Shown here: positions 36,169 through 49,529 of the stretch, one piece after another
Position numbering within the stretch: the stretch's first letter is position 1
Layout: each line of letters begins with the position of its first letter
DNA from: Vitrella brassicaformis CCMP3155
Taxonomy: Eukaryota; Protista; Chromerida
NCBI GenBank assembly: GCA_001179505.1
Contig: CDMY01000212.1
Coordinates: forward strand, 102,587 to 166,586
DNA length: 64,000 bases
Direction of reading: 5' to 3'
Translations under genes and position numbers: made by a program
Notes under the pieces: generated by a model
Database searches by the model: none
What the model was told of the DNA's origin: nothing
What the model saw: the letters and a program-made list of their open reading frames with translations, nothing else

Positions 36169-37461
36169 GGGGGGGGTGAGGGTGGGGGCTGGGGGAACGA
36201 AACGAACACGAACACACACAGCCACAAAAAGGTCATTCATGTGTGTTTGTTGATTGGGGGGGTGTGGTGGTGGCTGGCTGGCTGGCTGGCTACTCATCCA
36301 TCTCTCTCTCTCACTGGTACTCGTGAGCAACAACTTTCTACAACAGAGACAGACACCGATAAAGGACCCGCGCGCCAATCTTGAGGGACAACGAGGGAGG
36401 GAGAGCGGGACGATCCCTAGCAAAGGTAGACAGACAGACAGACGGACGGACAGACAGAGAGGTTGCATATTCCACAGACGACAGACAGAGCGTTAAGAAG
36501 CGTTAGGACACAGATATGAACGATGCTATGATGCAGACAGAATATCACACAAAGCATAATATTATCCATACGCACTGATGATCAGTCAGTCGAGTGAGTG
36601 AGTGAGTGAGTGAGTGGGGGTGGATCGACGACACGGCCGACAACAGTCAGTACTGACACACACGGGTTCTAGAAGGTGCAAGATGCAGGCAAGTCGTGCA
36701 GTGGGCGCATCGCATCGCCCGAGAGGTTTGAAAGCGTGTCAGGCCGCCGTACACATGGCTCCCCTCTCTCACACGCACACGCACATACACATGCACACGC
36801 ACCCTACTACCCTTGACATCGCTCCACAGCACACCACATCACACCACACCACACCATCGTCAGTCAGTTCAAAAGGTTCAAACAACAGCCTTATGGATAC
36901 AATTCATGTCCCTATGTGTCGGGAAAACTCTGCCCTGGTGGGCGGGGGAGTGACTGAGTGAGTGAGTCAGTCGCGGGCAGGAAAGATACATACATCGGGA
37001 CGCACAACAACACAAGAGCACAAGCGGAGAAAAATACTAGATGAGTGTGTGTGTGTGTGGGTATAGAAACAAACAAACAGACAGACAGAGACGTACACAT
37101 GAAGGAAGGTGGGCAGGCAGGCAGGTAAGTGTAAGTGTCTCTCGGGGGGCTGGGTGTGGGTGGTGTGTGGTGTCTGTCTAGCTAGACGGAAAAACGGTTC
37201 GCAGGTTCTTTCCTCCCTCCCTGGCTCCCTCCCTGCGTCATATCAGGTTACTTACCTTTCCCGCCACGTTCAGGTATATTCATCCCCATCTATTGATGCC
37301 ATCCATCCACGCGTCTGTTCCATTCGTCTCTCTCTCTCTCTCTCTCTCAGCCTCCACAGTCAAGTCAACAACAGGCAGACTCAGACACGGCCACAGTCAG
37401 CAAGCCAGTGGGGCAATGAGTCGATCGGTTGGTCGCATCCCACATCCCCCAACCATCCCAT

Positions 37462-40400
37462 TCACCCGGCCACCTCGGCAACCACAGAGTCAAAAACCTC
37501 ATCAGCGCCGTCTCGCGGACCTGACACATACACACCACACATACACACTTCACACATGCATCCCTCCCTCCCTCAATCTCTCTCTCTCTCTCTCTCCTCT
37601 TCTCTCTCCTCGGCTCAGCTCACCTTTGAGGTAGAGGTTGACATCCGAGAACATCTTGATGGGCGGCTTGGTCGGGGCCTCGGCCTCCGTGTCGTCGATG
37701 ACCTTGAACTGCGCGTCGAAGAAGTGTCGCTCGTCATCGTTGTAGCCGTCGAGGTCGCTGGGCCGTCGGGCGGTGGTGGCGGGGGTGATGGGATCCTCTT
37801 CGAGCAGCTCGAAGTTGGGCGAGTTGGGGCACCAAAAGAGGTTGTTGGACGTCACGCCCAGACCTGCACACAGGCGGATGGGGGGAGGGACGGGGGGAGG
37901 GATGGGGGGGTGGGTGAAGCAAGCCCCGCATGGCATGATGACATTCCCCTGACCGACCGTTGAGAATGTGCTTGAACTGGTTGGAGCAGTGCTTCCAGTA
38001 CTGGGCGTCCTCGTACCTGCAGCCATCAACGCACTCACACACACGCAATCAGAGAGACCTGCAGGAGCTTTGTGAAAGCGTCCGTACATTCTGTCTGGGT
38101 CCATGTCGTTGTTGAGGTGAATGACCTCTGGCAGGTCAGCGAACTCCGACCCCGCCTGCTGCGACATGAGCATCAGCTTCATCGGCTTGCCCTGACGCTT
38201 CTCGCGAAGCTTCGACAGCAAATCCTCGATCTCGCCGCGGGTCGCCTCGCCCGTGCGCACAAACAGCACCTGCAACACACACATTTTGGTGGCGTGGCAT
38301 ATGTGTGTGTGTGTTTGGGGGGGGGAAAGTCACCTCGTCGGCTCTCTGCACGGTGTAGTGGAATCTGTTGGCCCTCTGTGAGTATCGTTTCTTCATGCGT
38401 TCGAAGACGGGCCAGATATTCTCGACGGGGTCGTCGCCCTCCTCCACCTCGTGCGCATACGACAGGCCGTGCCACTTGTTGTGGAACACTCGACCCTACA
38501 CACACACACACACACGGGAGTGTGGGCAAGGAAACGAACGGGTGTCTGTGCGCGGAGACGTGTACCAGGTCGTGGTCGTAGTAGAGCATTTCGGGGTTCC
38601 ACATGTCAGTGAAGTCGCTGGCGATCATGTCGGACACATCGCAGGTGAACGAGGTGCGCGTGAGGTCGAAGGGGTAGCAGGGGCCGTCGTACTCCACCTT
38701 GTGCAGCAACATACGAGCCGTGCAACGCGCGCCGAGCGGCACGATCTGAGACACACACACACGCACACACGTGGGGTTGTTGCAAAACCGGTGTGTGTGT
38801 GTGTGCGTGTGGATGGATTGATGGATGGATGGATGGACTGGCACTCACCCCAACTCGTGTGTAGTCGCTCAGCCTTCCTGCGTGTCGGTACAGCACGGCA
38901 CTCTTGGGCGCGGCCTTGACGCTGAAATGGATGGCCACACACAGAGAGACGATGCAGCCATCATGTCTGTTGCTTGTCTTTGCCAGCCACCCACCTACCG
39001 TGAGAGAAGTCCCGACTTGCCGATGAAGAGAGTGTTGAAGTCGCCTGTGGGGTCGAGTGAGTTGATGTAGGCGCCCGTCCGCAGACCCTTGAGCGACGCC
39101 GACAGGTCCACCCACATCGGCTGACATATCGACAGACAGACACATCGGGATGTCTGTCTGTCTGTCTGTCTGTCCGTGTGCCTGCCCCGTCACAACATTA
39201 ACAGACGTACGTGCACGTTGTATTCTGCGTCGGTGTTGTTGACGATCCGCAGAGAGGGCGGCGCTGACGACTGGCCGTCATCATCCTCCGCCTCGGTGAG
39301 TATGCCGATGTTGCCGTCGTAGAACAGCACCTGGCACACATGAGGGGAGAAGAAGTGGAAGGCCGCTATGTAGTCCACCACACTCGCCGGCGGAACGTCA
39401 AAGGACGTCTCGATCACACCGCCCTCTCCGAGAGAGAAAAAGGCGAAGGGCTTGGTGCTCTGCGCCTTCTTGCCGTTGCCCTTGCCGTTGCTGAGGGCGT
39501 CGGCAGCAGCAGCGGCAGCAGTGGCAGTAGGGACCTGGCAGAACTGAGTGCCGGGGTCGTGCCTCGGTGTGTCGTCGCCCGCTGGGTTGAAGATGTAGAT
39601 GCCTGGCGTGATGGGCGAGGGGCTGGCCGACTGCATCGCCTGCAGCCATCCCATCCCACGACACACACAGGGAGGATTGCGATTGTTGTCATGCGAGGAG
39701 TGGGTGTGGGTACCTAGGTACCTGTGTGAAGCCATTTTGCAGCGCGGGCCAGCTGTTGCTGACGCTGTAGCTGTGGTCGGTCTTGTTGACGAATTTGATC
39801 TTGTGGGTGCCGCCCTTGCTCCGCGCCCACACGTCGAAGCCCTTGCCGTCGGTGAAGACCAAATGGGCGTGGGGGAAGGGGTCGCCGTCATGCGTCGGGG
39901 AGTCGGGCTGCACATGGCGTTACATTGCGTTGCAGGCAGGTACACATCACACCCACACACACACAAAAAGAAACTCTCTCTCTCTCTCTCTGTGAGAGTG
40001 TGTGTGTGTGTGTCACCTCACTTACCCACCTGCATCATTGAGTGTGACAGCTGTTTCTCCAGCCGTCTGTTGCCGGCAGTCCCTCCCTCCACCACCACCG
40101 TCTCCGTGTGGAAGAGGCTCAAGTCGATGCTCTCAAACATCAGCCGGTGGCCCTTGCTGTTGGGGTGCGCCGGGTCGAAGCTCACCCCATCAAGCCACTT
40201 GCCCGTCCCGCCTTTGGCCTCGAGATTGGTCAGGAAGTCGAGCACGGGCACGCCCCAGCCCTTCATCTTGGCCTCGGTCTGCTTGAGCAGCGTGTAGTGG
40301 TCCTTTGTGTAGTCGCCGTTGGGGTACACGCCGCCGAGAACGGGCCGCGCATTGATGTCCTTGATGAGCTGGATAAGGTGCTGAATGCCCGACTCGAACC

Positions 40401-41518
40401 GCTGCTTGGCGGCGTGGCGCTGGTGGGCCGGACAATGAGCCAGACCCTCGTTGCCCAAGGACAGACCGACAATCACTGCAAGCATCCCATCCGGGAGGGG
40501 AGGGAGGAGCCGTGTGGGCGTGTGGTGTGGGTGGGCAATGGTGGGGGTGGTTGGGTGGGTGTGCGTACCAACTTCAGGTTTGTGTTTGGGGACGACTTGG
40601 TGGAACCGCTCGATAGTGCGGCCGACGTTGGCCCCGCTCTCACTCTCGTTGATGAGCTGGTGGCCGTACTGCTTCGACAGATGCTCACCTGTGCCGACAC
40701 GACACCAACACACACATCCACATGCACAGTGCTTCGCGTGCTTAAGGGATCGTTTCCCCCACCAAGCAGCGTGGCCCATCCGCGCATCTTCCATGAGTTG
40801 TAGCCGTACGCAACCGAACTGTACACACACACACACACACACACACACAGAGCTCAGACGAACGAATCTCGCTGTATCCCCCAAAGCCGCCTGAAGGGAT
40901 CCACGCGGCGCCCACCTGCCGATGACGACAATCTTGAGGCCACCCCGTGTGGGCGGGGGAAATGTTGGGGGCGCAGGTACTGTCTGTGGGGGTTTGAGGA
41001 CAAAGCCAAAGGGGTGGGGCTGGATGTACCCAAAACCACCGTCGTCAATGATGATGTCTGCACACATACACACACACATAAGGGAGGGCACACCGAGCTC
41101 AGCTCGGCTGCAGTAAGTCCCGCGCGCTGACCTTGGTCTTCTACTGGTACCCATCTGTTCTCGGTGCAGCCGTCCCCCTCCCAGACGGTCTCGCCGTACT
41201 CGGTGAACCTCACGTACTTGTACTGCACCTTGCCACCCACCGCCACATGCTTCGTCACCGGCACCAGCTTGGGTGTCCACCACAGGGGGTACTGCCCGCT
41301 GCCCGTCGTAAGCTTGACGCACTTCGTCACGTCCCAGCTGCCCAGCTCTGCTCGTACACACACACACACACAGATGAGAGTCATTGCTGGCGTGTGTTTG
41401 TGTTTGTGTGTTTGTGTGTGTGTTTGTGCCTTTTCTGTTTGTGCGCACCAGGTATAGAGCCGACGATGCCGATGCTGTCGCCGAAGCTGGTCTCGGCCCG
41501 CACCTGGAACTTGTACAT
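37462..41518 (-). CDS. CBM20 starch-binding + SGNH/GDSL esterase + DUF1796-like putative cysteine peptidase fusion (about 15 introns)
   Basis: CBM20: MYKFQVRAETSFGDSIGIVGSIPELGSWD...YPLWW...YKYV. SGNH blocks: VIG|SSV, GAN, GLSLGNE, DPAHP. C-terminal IVPLGARC...YPFDLTRT...AHEVE...RYSQRANRF...VLFVR...NLFWCP. Exons join in frame; stop at 37462-37464. Confidence 0.85.
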
Positions 41519-41695
41519 CGCCTCCAGAAAGTCAGCGGGGCGAGGGGCTCGGAGGCCGTGGGGCGAGTCGGGCTGGGCGGGCGAAGGGATACCAACGATA
41601 GATCAGCGAATTGCAAACGTCATCGCTTTCCGCTTCCAGTACACCTGCCGCGCGAGCTTAGCTCGCAGGGGAAAAGAGCTGACGAGGTCAAGGGG

Positions 41696-44600
41696 ATGGA
41701 GGTGGAGGCGGACACACAGGGGGAGGCAGCCCCACCAGATGACAAGAAAGAACAACAGGGGGCGGCCGACAACGAGCCCGGCAACGGTGCTGCAGCTGCA
41801 CCACAGCCGGATGCTGCGGAGGACCAGAAGGCCACAGAGGGGACGGCGGTCGAGGACAAAGACAAGGGAGAGGGGGACAAGCAAGACGCGACGACGGATG
41901 AGCCGGCACAAGAAGACAAACCAGCGAAAGACGAGGATGCAGACAAGCCCCAAGGGCAGGAACAAGCAGAACCCCCGGCCGAGCCAGCTGCCGAGGAACA
42001 CAAGGAAGAAGCCCCTCCCAGAGAGGCGGCGGAGACAGATGAGCCCCAGGCAGCCGATGAGAAGCGACAAGGCGGCGGAGAGAGGGAGGGGGAGAGGGAG
42101 AGGGAGGTGGAGGGGGAGGGGGAGGGGGAGGGAGCGGGACAAGTGCCAGATGAGAAGGTCGAAGAGGCGGCGGCTGAAGGTGGGGAGGGGCCGCAGCCGG
42201 AGGGAGAAGGTGAAAGTGAAGGTGGGCCGCCGCTTGTGACTGAGACGGCGAATCACTTGAGAAATGACATTGAGCGGACTGCACAGACAACAACATCGGC
42301 AGTCCTGACGCTGCAGCAGGCTATCGTGAGCAATGCCATTCCGTATCTGCCAAAGACGTTCGTTCGCGTGTCCATCGATTTCCTTCTCGTGTCGTGTAGG
42401 GCCGCCTTGGTGTGTCTGCTGATCTGGTGGACGATCCAGCAAAGAAGGAGGAGATCAAACAGGCGCAGCAGTAAGCCAACCAACAAACGTGAGATGGATG
42501 GCACACCACAGACACTTCTCTCTTGCCGGTGTTTGTTTGTTTGTCATGTGTGTAAGGTCGCTGCAGGAGGCCGCTGATGAGCTGGAGCGCCTCCGCGACT
42601 CACTCCAGCAGCCAGACAGCGCCAAAGCGGCCGTGGTAAGCGACACGCTGAGCATTCATGTGGGCCGTGCACAGTTCAGGTGTGTGTGTGTGTGTGTGTG
42701 GATGTGTGGGTATATCAATCAGAGTGCGTCAGAGGAGGAGGACAAGGGCCCGACGCCGATGCCTCCCGTCAAGGACCTCCTCGACAACCTGGACAGGAAG
42801 CAGGTAGGGCGCGATTGCGACACAAGACGGGGGAAATCACGCCTCGCCTCGCCAGGCTCATTTGCTGTCTGTGTGCCTGCAGGTGCCTTCAGTGGTGGGG
42901 TCGTCATGCAAGGACGCAACGGGAGAGGAGCCACAAGACGCAAGTCAGTCGGTGATCGGGAGAATCTGTCCATTCTACCACCTTACTGTCTGTTTGTCTG
43001 TGCGCTGTGCAGGCGAGCTGAGTTTCGACGAGCGGGCGATGCAGGAGGTCAGTGAGAGGTCCACGATATTCCACACGAGAAAGGATCTGGTGTGTGTTTG
43101 CGTGTCTTACCAGGACATGGACAGCCTGCGTCGAGTGCGTCGGCAGCTGGAGTGTGACGCAGAGGGGCGCGACCTCATGGTCAGTCAGCACATGGCGGGC
43201 AGGTAGCGTGTATGTCAAACCATACATCTATTGCCTGCTGCTGCAGGAGGGTGTTGAGGCGCCAGTGTATGAGGCGGACTATGTTGACGACGACCTATCG
43301 GAGCTGAAACGAGTCAGGAGACAAATAAGGTCGGTCCGTCATTGTCATCCCTCTTAGTCGTCAATCCATCCATCCATCCATCCATCCATCTGTTTTGTCC
43401 ATGCAGGTATCTGTTTGGCGGTCTGCTGCAGTCCCTGCCCGCACAAAACGCAGAGTGAGTAGGGCCCTATAAGGGGCTGCGGATGACGCGCTGTGTTCCC
43501 TGCTCACGTGTGAGTGTTTGTCAGGACTTTGGCGGAGCAGTTGAACCTGCCCAAGTTCCCACCAGACCCCAGCGATTTGTCCAAGGTAACTAACACAAAA
43601 GGATGAATCGATTCGATCGACGATGTCTCTTGCCCATCCATCCATCCATCCACCTATACGCATCATTCGTGTGAAAATGGTCAGAGTGCGACGCCTGTGG
43701 TGAGCGGCAAGGAGGATGACCGGCCACTCGTGCCGCACAGAGACGACTACCGTAAGTCAGCCGAGTGGTCACCTTCGTCTGGCAAATGGACAATTTATTG
43801 CCTGGGTACCTTCTGTCACCACCTGCAGGCCCTGCCCGCCCACAGGGCAGGCATCGCGAGTCGCGCAGCACATTGGACGGCGGGGTGGTGAGAGGGCGGG
43901 GCTATGGAGAAGAGAGGGAGGGCATGCTGGATGAGGAGACGCAACCAGAGGACGACAGCACCAGCGGAGGCAGACGCAGACCCTCACATAAAGTGTGGCA
44001 GCTCGGTCCACAACATACAGACGCGCAGTCATTCGACGCTGGGTCCTTTCTGTGTTTGTTTGTGTCAGGGTGTGCGTCGCGGTGAGGAGGCGAGGCCACC
44101 TGGCGGTGATTGGGCATCTGAGGTCATCAAGTTGAGTCTGGACCCCGACAACCAGTGGGAGTGGGGCAGAAACAGGTCCATGCAGCCATACGGTCAGTCA
44201 GTCAGTATGGGCAGCAGCCTGCTGCTCACGGACATCACACGCAGTTCCATCATCCATATGCATTCACGCGCATGACATGACAGGTCGCGGTGACCCCTCT
44301 CAGTTGTTGAAGGAGTTGGATTTGTCGTATGGCGTCAAGGACCGACAGCGCGCCTCATGGGAGACCCCACACACATCCAAGGCGGGTGGACCGCCAGCCG
44401 ACCTGCCCCCGCCACGCGCAAAAAGACCTTCTGCGTACTCGGGTACAGATGAATAAGATCCGTTCAACTCAACAGGCAGCCCAGCCAGACACATATGTAT
44501 ATGTTCATCCATCTAGCCATTCGTTTGATTGATGTGCCTGCCTTTCTGTGGTTGTGTGTGTAGGTGAGAGCCGCGGAGAGAGTGAGGAGGTGCCGCCTCC

Positions 44601-44898
44601 CATTTCATACGCCAAGCAGCACAGCGGCTATGCGCGTGAGCAGCCCGCCGCCGCCAAGAGCAAGCAGCGAACCCAGCAGCAGCAGCGGGGGCAGGTGAGG
44701 TGTGTGGACAGCGGAGGGATCGGAAGGAGGGAGGGCTGCACGGGAAGACCACGAGCCAAGCCACATTGCTTTCCTCTGTGTGATGTTGTGTTGTGTTGGG
44801 CTGTGTTGGGTTGGGTTGTGACTCCTCAGTTGCAGCCTGAGGGTGGTTATGCGGCTGTTCAGCCGGCTCGGGAGAGGAGAGGCCGTGGGGGCTACTAG
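41696..44898 (+). CDS. Hypothetical protein with long acidic low-complexity N-terminus, one probable TM segment and coiled coils; multi-exon, 3' end approximate
   Basis: Open acidic exon MEVEADTQGE...; hydrophobic AALVCLLIWW followed by RRRR; later exons (EAADELERLRDSLQQ; DDLSELKRVRRQIR) bounded by GT-AG. Confidence 0.55.
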
Positions 44899-45585
44899 AC
44901 ACACACAAGCAGACATGATGGATGGATGGCTGGATGGATGGTCGGGTGGACGGTCATGTGGGTCTGTCGGTGAGTGTGTGGATCGAAGTTGACCAGATAA
45001 GAATGAGACGATCTAGATGTGTCAGTCTGTCGTCGTTGATTTCTTGGCTCATTGATGAAGCAATATACCAATCGAACTGAGAGACAACCAAGAGTATTGA
45101 TTGCACTACGCGCCGACCCACACTCCTGCGGGCAAATGAGTGAGTGACACAAGGTTGCACACGATGGACGGCATCAGATTTCCTATTGCTCTGTATGTGT
45201 GTCCTGTCTTGGTGAGCGAAGAGTCAGAATTGTAGGCACGCACCAAGCCCCTGCACCATACGCAACACATCGAGCCAAGTGCAAAGGGTCCCAACGGTGA
45301 AGAGAAAGGCGACGCACAAGCTCGATCTCGCCTTTTGAGGAAGTCCTACTTTAAACGAGCCAGCCCCATCTTTGTTCCTGAGATATATGCCACACTTTGA
45401 CCACAAGGGTGCTGACACAGTCGACATAAACATGGCTGCATGAAGGTCAATCGATGTCATGTCACGTCGGGACATGCAGGTGACACAGCTCACCACCGCA
45501 AAGAGCCCACCGAGGACAAGCAACAAACACCAGCCATCTACAGAGGAGGCGAGACACGTGTTTGTCTGTCTGCGAAGGCCATCCA

Positions 45586-48500
45586 TCAGCTGTCCTGCTC
45601 TTCGTTCTGGAGTGTGGTCAGCGCATTAGCCAGCGCCACCGCCTGTTGAGCCGCACTCTGCAGCTGCTTGGCGTCAGGCGCCGTCCGATGACGACCTCTA
45701 CACACACCACACCACACCACATCACGCAACCTCACCCACGACGATCAGGTGTGCACTTCTGCTGTCTGGATGCTCACTTTCTCGCAGCAGCCATGAGTTT
45801 GGTGGGACTGTCAGTGTCTCCTTCCTCGCCCGGCTGGCCAGCCTCGTCTCCCCCTTGATGGTCTTGCTTGAGCTGTCTGGACGTATTGGTTCGCCGGATA
45901 CCGCCACCAGCAGCCTCTGAAGCGGGGTTTCTGGCGTCGGAACTCTCAAACAACACCCGTCGGACCTTTACCTGCACAACACAAGACGACACCAACCACC
46001 ACTCACTGACCAAGTGGTGAATGGACACAAGGAGACATACATACCTGTTTTCCTGCGCCAGCGCGTCTGTGGCCGTCGTCTGTGACCTTGGCGTCGTCCA
46101 CGCCGTGCTCCCCGTTGTCCCCTCCGTCAGCCGCCCTTGGAGCGGTCTTCGTGGGAGAGTCCGCCGACTTGTCTTGTGTTGTGGGTGGTGCGGCAGTGCG
46201 GCTGCTGAGTTGGGCTAGATGAGAGAAATGGGCGGTCGTGCGCAGACCTGAGGGACACATTTCCCGTGTCTGCAGGGGGGAGGCTTCTGCATTGTGTCGA
46301 CTGACTTACCCATCTGCGTGGCCGTCTGAAGGTCTGCGACACCGATGCTATCCCACCTGTATAGCCAGCCGTGAGACAACCGACAGACAGTAGGGAGTGA
46401 TGCCTGGACCGTTTAAATACCTACCCACCTTTTGCCGACAGGTAGTTTTCGAACTCCTGTCTCAGGGTCAATCTCGCCCTCATGCCTGATGCGCTCACGC
46501 TGAGACTGGATCGACTGCACAGAAAGAGGACGGACGTCATGTCAGTCAGGAGTGGGTTACTCTCCAACACCTACCGCAATGAGGGGTACGCTGGTCTTGA
46601 GCGTGCCCAGCAACTCCTCAGCCTCTGTAGCCACACACACAGCCAGCCATGGCCATGGAGCCATCCCTCCCACTGTGTCTCTAGCTGTGTCGTTGCTTAC
46701 TCGCTTCGCTCATTTCTGCGCCGCCCCGCTCCCCTTCCTCTTCTCTGTGTTGCGGCACGTCGGCAGCCACAGGCGCCACAGGAACAGAGGGCGGGGGCAG
46801 GTGCATCGTCGTCAGTATGCTCGATGTGGTCGTCGAAGACGTGTCGGCAGCCTTTGCCGGGGAGGGCAGTGTGAGAGGCACGTGAGTGTCGGAGCCGTCT
46901 GATTCGCTTGGGTGGAACCATGGATGGCTGAGCGCCTGCAGTGCCGACGCGCGCTTGGCGGCGTCGCGTGACATCATCCACTGAGCGAACAGAGCCACAT
47001 ACAGTAGTGTGGCTGGGCGTTATTGATTGATTTAGCCGCATACGAGGAGTAGGTCTCTAGCAGCCGCAGACACCGTGGCCCAGTTTTGGTGCCGGAACGA
47101 CACACTGCACCTGAGACAGAGACACAGTGGGAGGGATGGCTTGCCATGGCTGTCTGTGTGTGTTACTTCAGATTGCGCCTGAGGATGTCCTTGACATTGT
47201 GGCCCCTGGTATAAAACGCGGACACTCACTTATGCACACACTATGGGCGGTCATACTTGCCTGAATGGAGGAAAGCCGACTGGTCGATGTGTGTGGGAGC
47301 AGAGACACATTTGTACAATGAGTGGCTGGCGATCTCTTCAGGTGTAGCGTGCGCTTACCGACCCAGCATGATGTGAAGAATGACACTGAGCCACACACAG
47401 GCAAGCCGGACAGACAGATATGCAAGACCTTGCAGCATCTCTCCCTCTTGCCCCCCCCCCCGTACCCAGCGCCAAATACGTCGGCCTTACAGGCATAGGG
47501 CTTGTCCTCCAGGATCTCCGGAGCTGCGCACGCACACCCACACCCACACAGGCACTCCTCCTCTGCTGTTCAGTGGCCTATCTGTCCGTCCCCCTCACCG
47601 ACGTATCCCGGCGACCCGCATCGCATCTTCATGGCTTGCTCCTGACTCAAAAATGCCGCCAATCCAAAATCGATCAACTTGATGGAGGTGGGGTCGTCCT
47701 CGCGCTCTATGATCAGGTTCTCCGTCTTGAGGTCTCGATGGACCACCTCATGCTCAGCCAAGGTGACCAGTGCAGACAACAGACGACCGAGAGCTATGCG
47801 TGCCGACGGCTCATCGTATGGACCTGTAACACCATGGATTGCACCGAGCGGAAGGACTGATGATGTCTGCAGCTTGTCGAAGTCAGCTGACCGTGTTGTG
47901 CGATGTGGTCGAAGAGCTCGCCTCCCTTCAGGTACTCCAGAACAAGAAACACGTGGTTCGCTAAGCACACAAACAAGGGGCAGGTCGGCAGAGGTGTCAC
48001 GCGTGTCTCAGTGTCTCTAATGCCGCCTTGTGTACCCCTCTCGTATGCCGCGAAGAGGCGGCTGACGTATGGGTGCTGAACCTTTCTCAGCACCCCTATC
48101 TCAGTTGCCAATTTGCTCTCCTTGATCCGCCTCTTGTCGATGGCTGATGGAGGCACACACACATGCTGTGCTGCACATGCTGTGCTGCAGCTGCCATTGT
48201 CTCTCTGTCAGGGTCACCCTTGACCACCACCTCCTCCCCTGTAAACAGGTGTTTCGCCATGTACACCTGAAATCATACGCACACACTTGTAAAACATCTC
48301 TGCAGCCCTCTTGCCGCCTGTCTGTCTGTCTGTCCTAATCTACACCGACCCACCCGAGCAAAGGACCCCTCGCCCACACATTCAGTGAGCTTATAGATGT
48401 CGCTGAACATCAGCTCAGTGCTGCCCAACTGCAGCAGGATGCTCCGCCACTTTGAGCAGTATGACCAGTCGGCCTCCGTGCATATGCTGGCGGGCGCCCA

Positions 48501-49413
48501 CTTGCCGTCCGCAGGCGAGGCGCCTCTGAACGCCTCAAAGTCCTCCTCGCCATTTGTGGGGGCATGGGAGGCCGATTCACCACAAGCATCGGCAGCCACT
48601 GCCTGCATCAAAGATGGTTGAGGAAAGAGGCGCTGGATCGTCTGCGTCGTGCATGGCTTGAAATTCGTGTGTACCGGCTGTGTTGGGGGCGATACGATGG
48701 GCAGCGTGCTCTGTGCTGGCAGTGAGGGTGCAGGTGCTGGTGGGGCAGTGCACTGAAACTCGTGCTCGCCAGACCGGCTGATGAGGTACAGACAGGGGCT
48801 GCAGTCCAAGGCAGGCCCACATCCGTTCACGGCAGTGACGTATATATGGACAGGTAGGTGCAGTGCAAGCCTGTTTGTCCCTTAATTGTGTGCGTACGGT
48901 AGGTACCCCTTCTCAGTGATGTTGTTGACGAAGCGACCTGATCGTGAGATGCACACTCAAGTGGATCGGATGCGTCCGTGACTTGTTACTCTCTTTGATG
49001 GGTATGCGGAACTTGGCCTTGGCGTCGTGTGTCATGGACTCGTGACGCCAAAGCAACAGCTCAACTCCCGTGTCATAGGCACGGAAACTCACGTGAGTCG
49101 TCACGCCTGAACACAAACAAACCATGCCACTGAGACTATGAGTGTGCGCATCAACCGTACGTATACCTGTGACTTACCTGTGGCCAGCGGCAGATAGTAA
49201 CGCTGCCTTTCCATGCCGAGCTCCTCATTCGAGCCGGAACGCTCCACCATGTTCTGATGCTTGCCAAGTCAACGGCATGGGTGGGGTGGGTGGGGGTTGA
49301 AGGGAGAAAAAACGGTATCAACGGTCTTCTGACTTTCTTCAGGTCCAAGACCCGTGCTATCTCCCTTCTGAAGTAAGCAACATGCACACCTGTGTGTTGT
49401 CAGTAAGTCCCAT
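45586..49413 (-). CDS. Ser/Thr protein kinase, CAMK group, with N-terminal extension (possibly PH-like) and long C-terminal tail; ends inferred
   Basis: VGEGSFARV, EVVVK, LVLEYLKGGELFDHI, HRDLKTENL, IKLIDFGLA, CGSPGYV|APE, WMMSRDAAKRASALQALSHPWF. Putative start MGLTDNTQ at 49413. Confidence 0.88.
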
Positions 49414-49529
49414 TTAGCCGTTTCAGGCAAACACCGGTCGAAAAGCCCGCTCTCATCTGCATCGATGTGTGTGTCCGTGGTTTCAGGCTCTGCAAAGGCC
49501 GCTGACGGCCGGCCGGCATCGACAACACA

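Noticed and set aside
35560-36468. ORFs spanning the first N gap
   Set aside because: They are artefacts of X translation; the flanks are intergenic microsatellite sequence.
37462-41518. Bacterial contamination as the source of the cyanobacterial-type gene
   Set aside because: The gene has many GT-AG introns with the same microsatellite style as its neighbours and is contiguous with eukaryotic genes.
45305-45335. 8-bp inverted repeat AAAGGCGA...TCGCCTTT as an ncRNA or terminator
   Set aside because: A short stem like this is expected by chance in 64 kb; no tRNA, snoRNA or snRNA boxes were recognised nearby.
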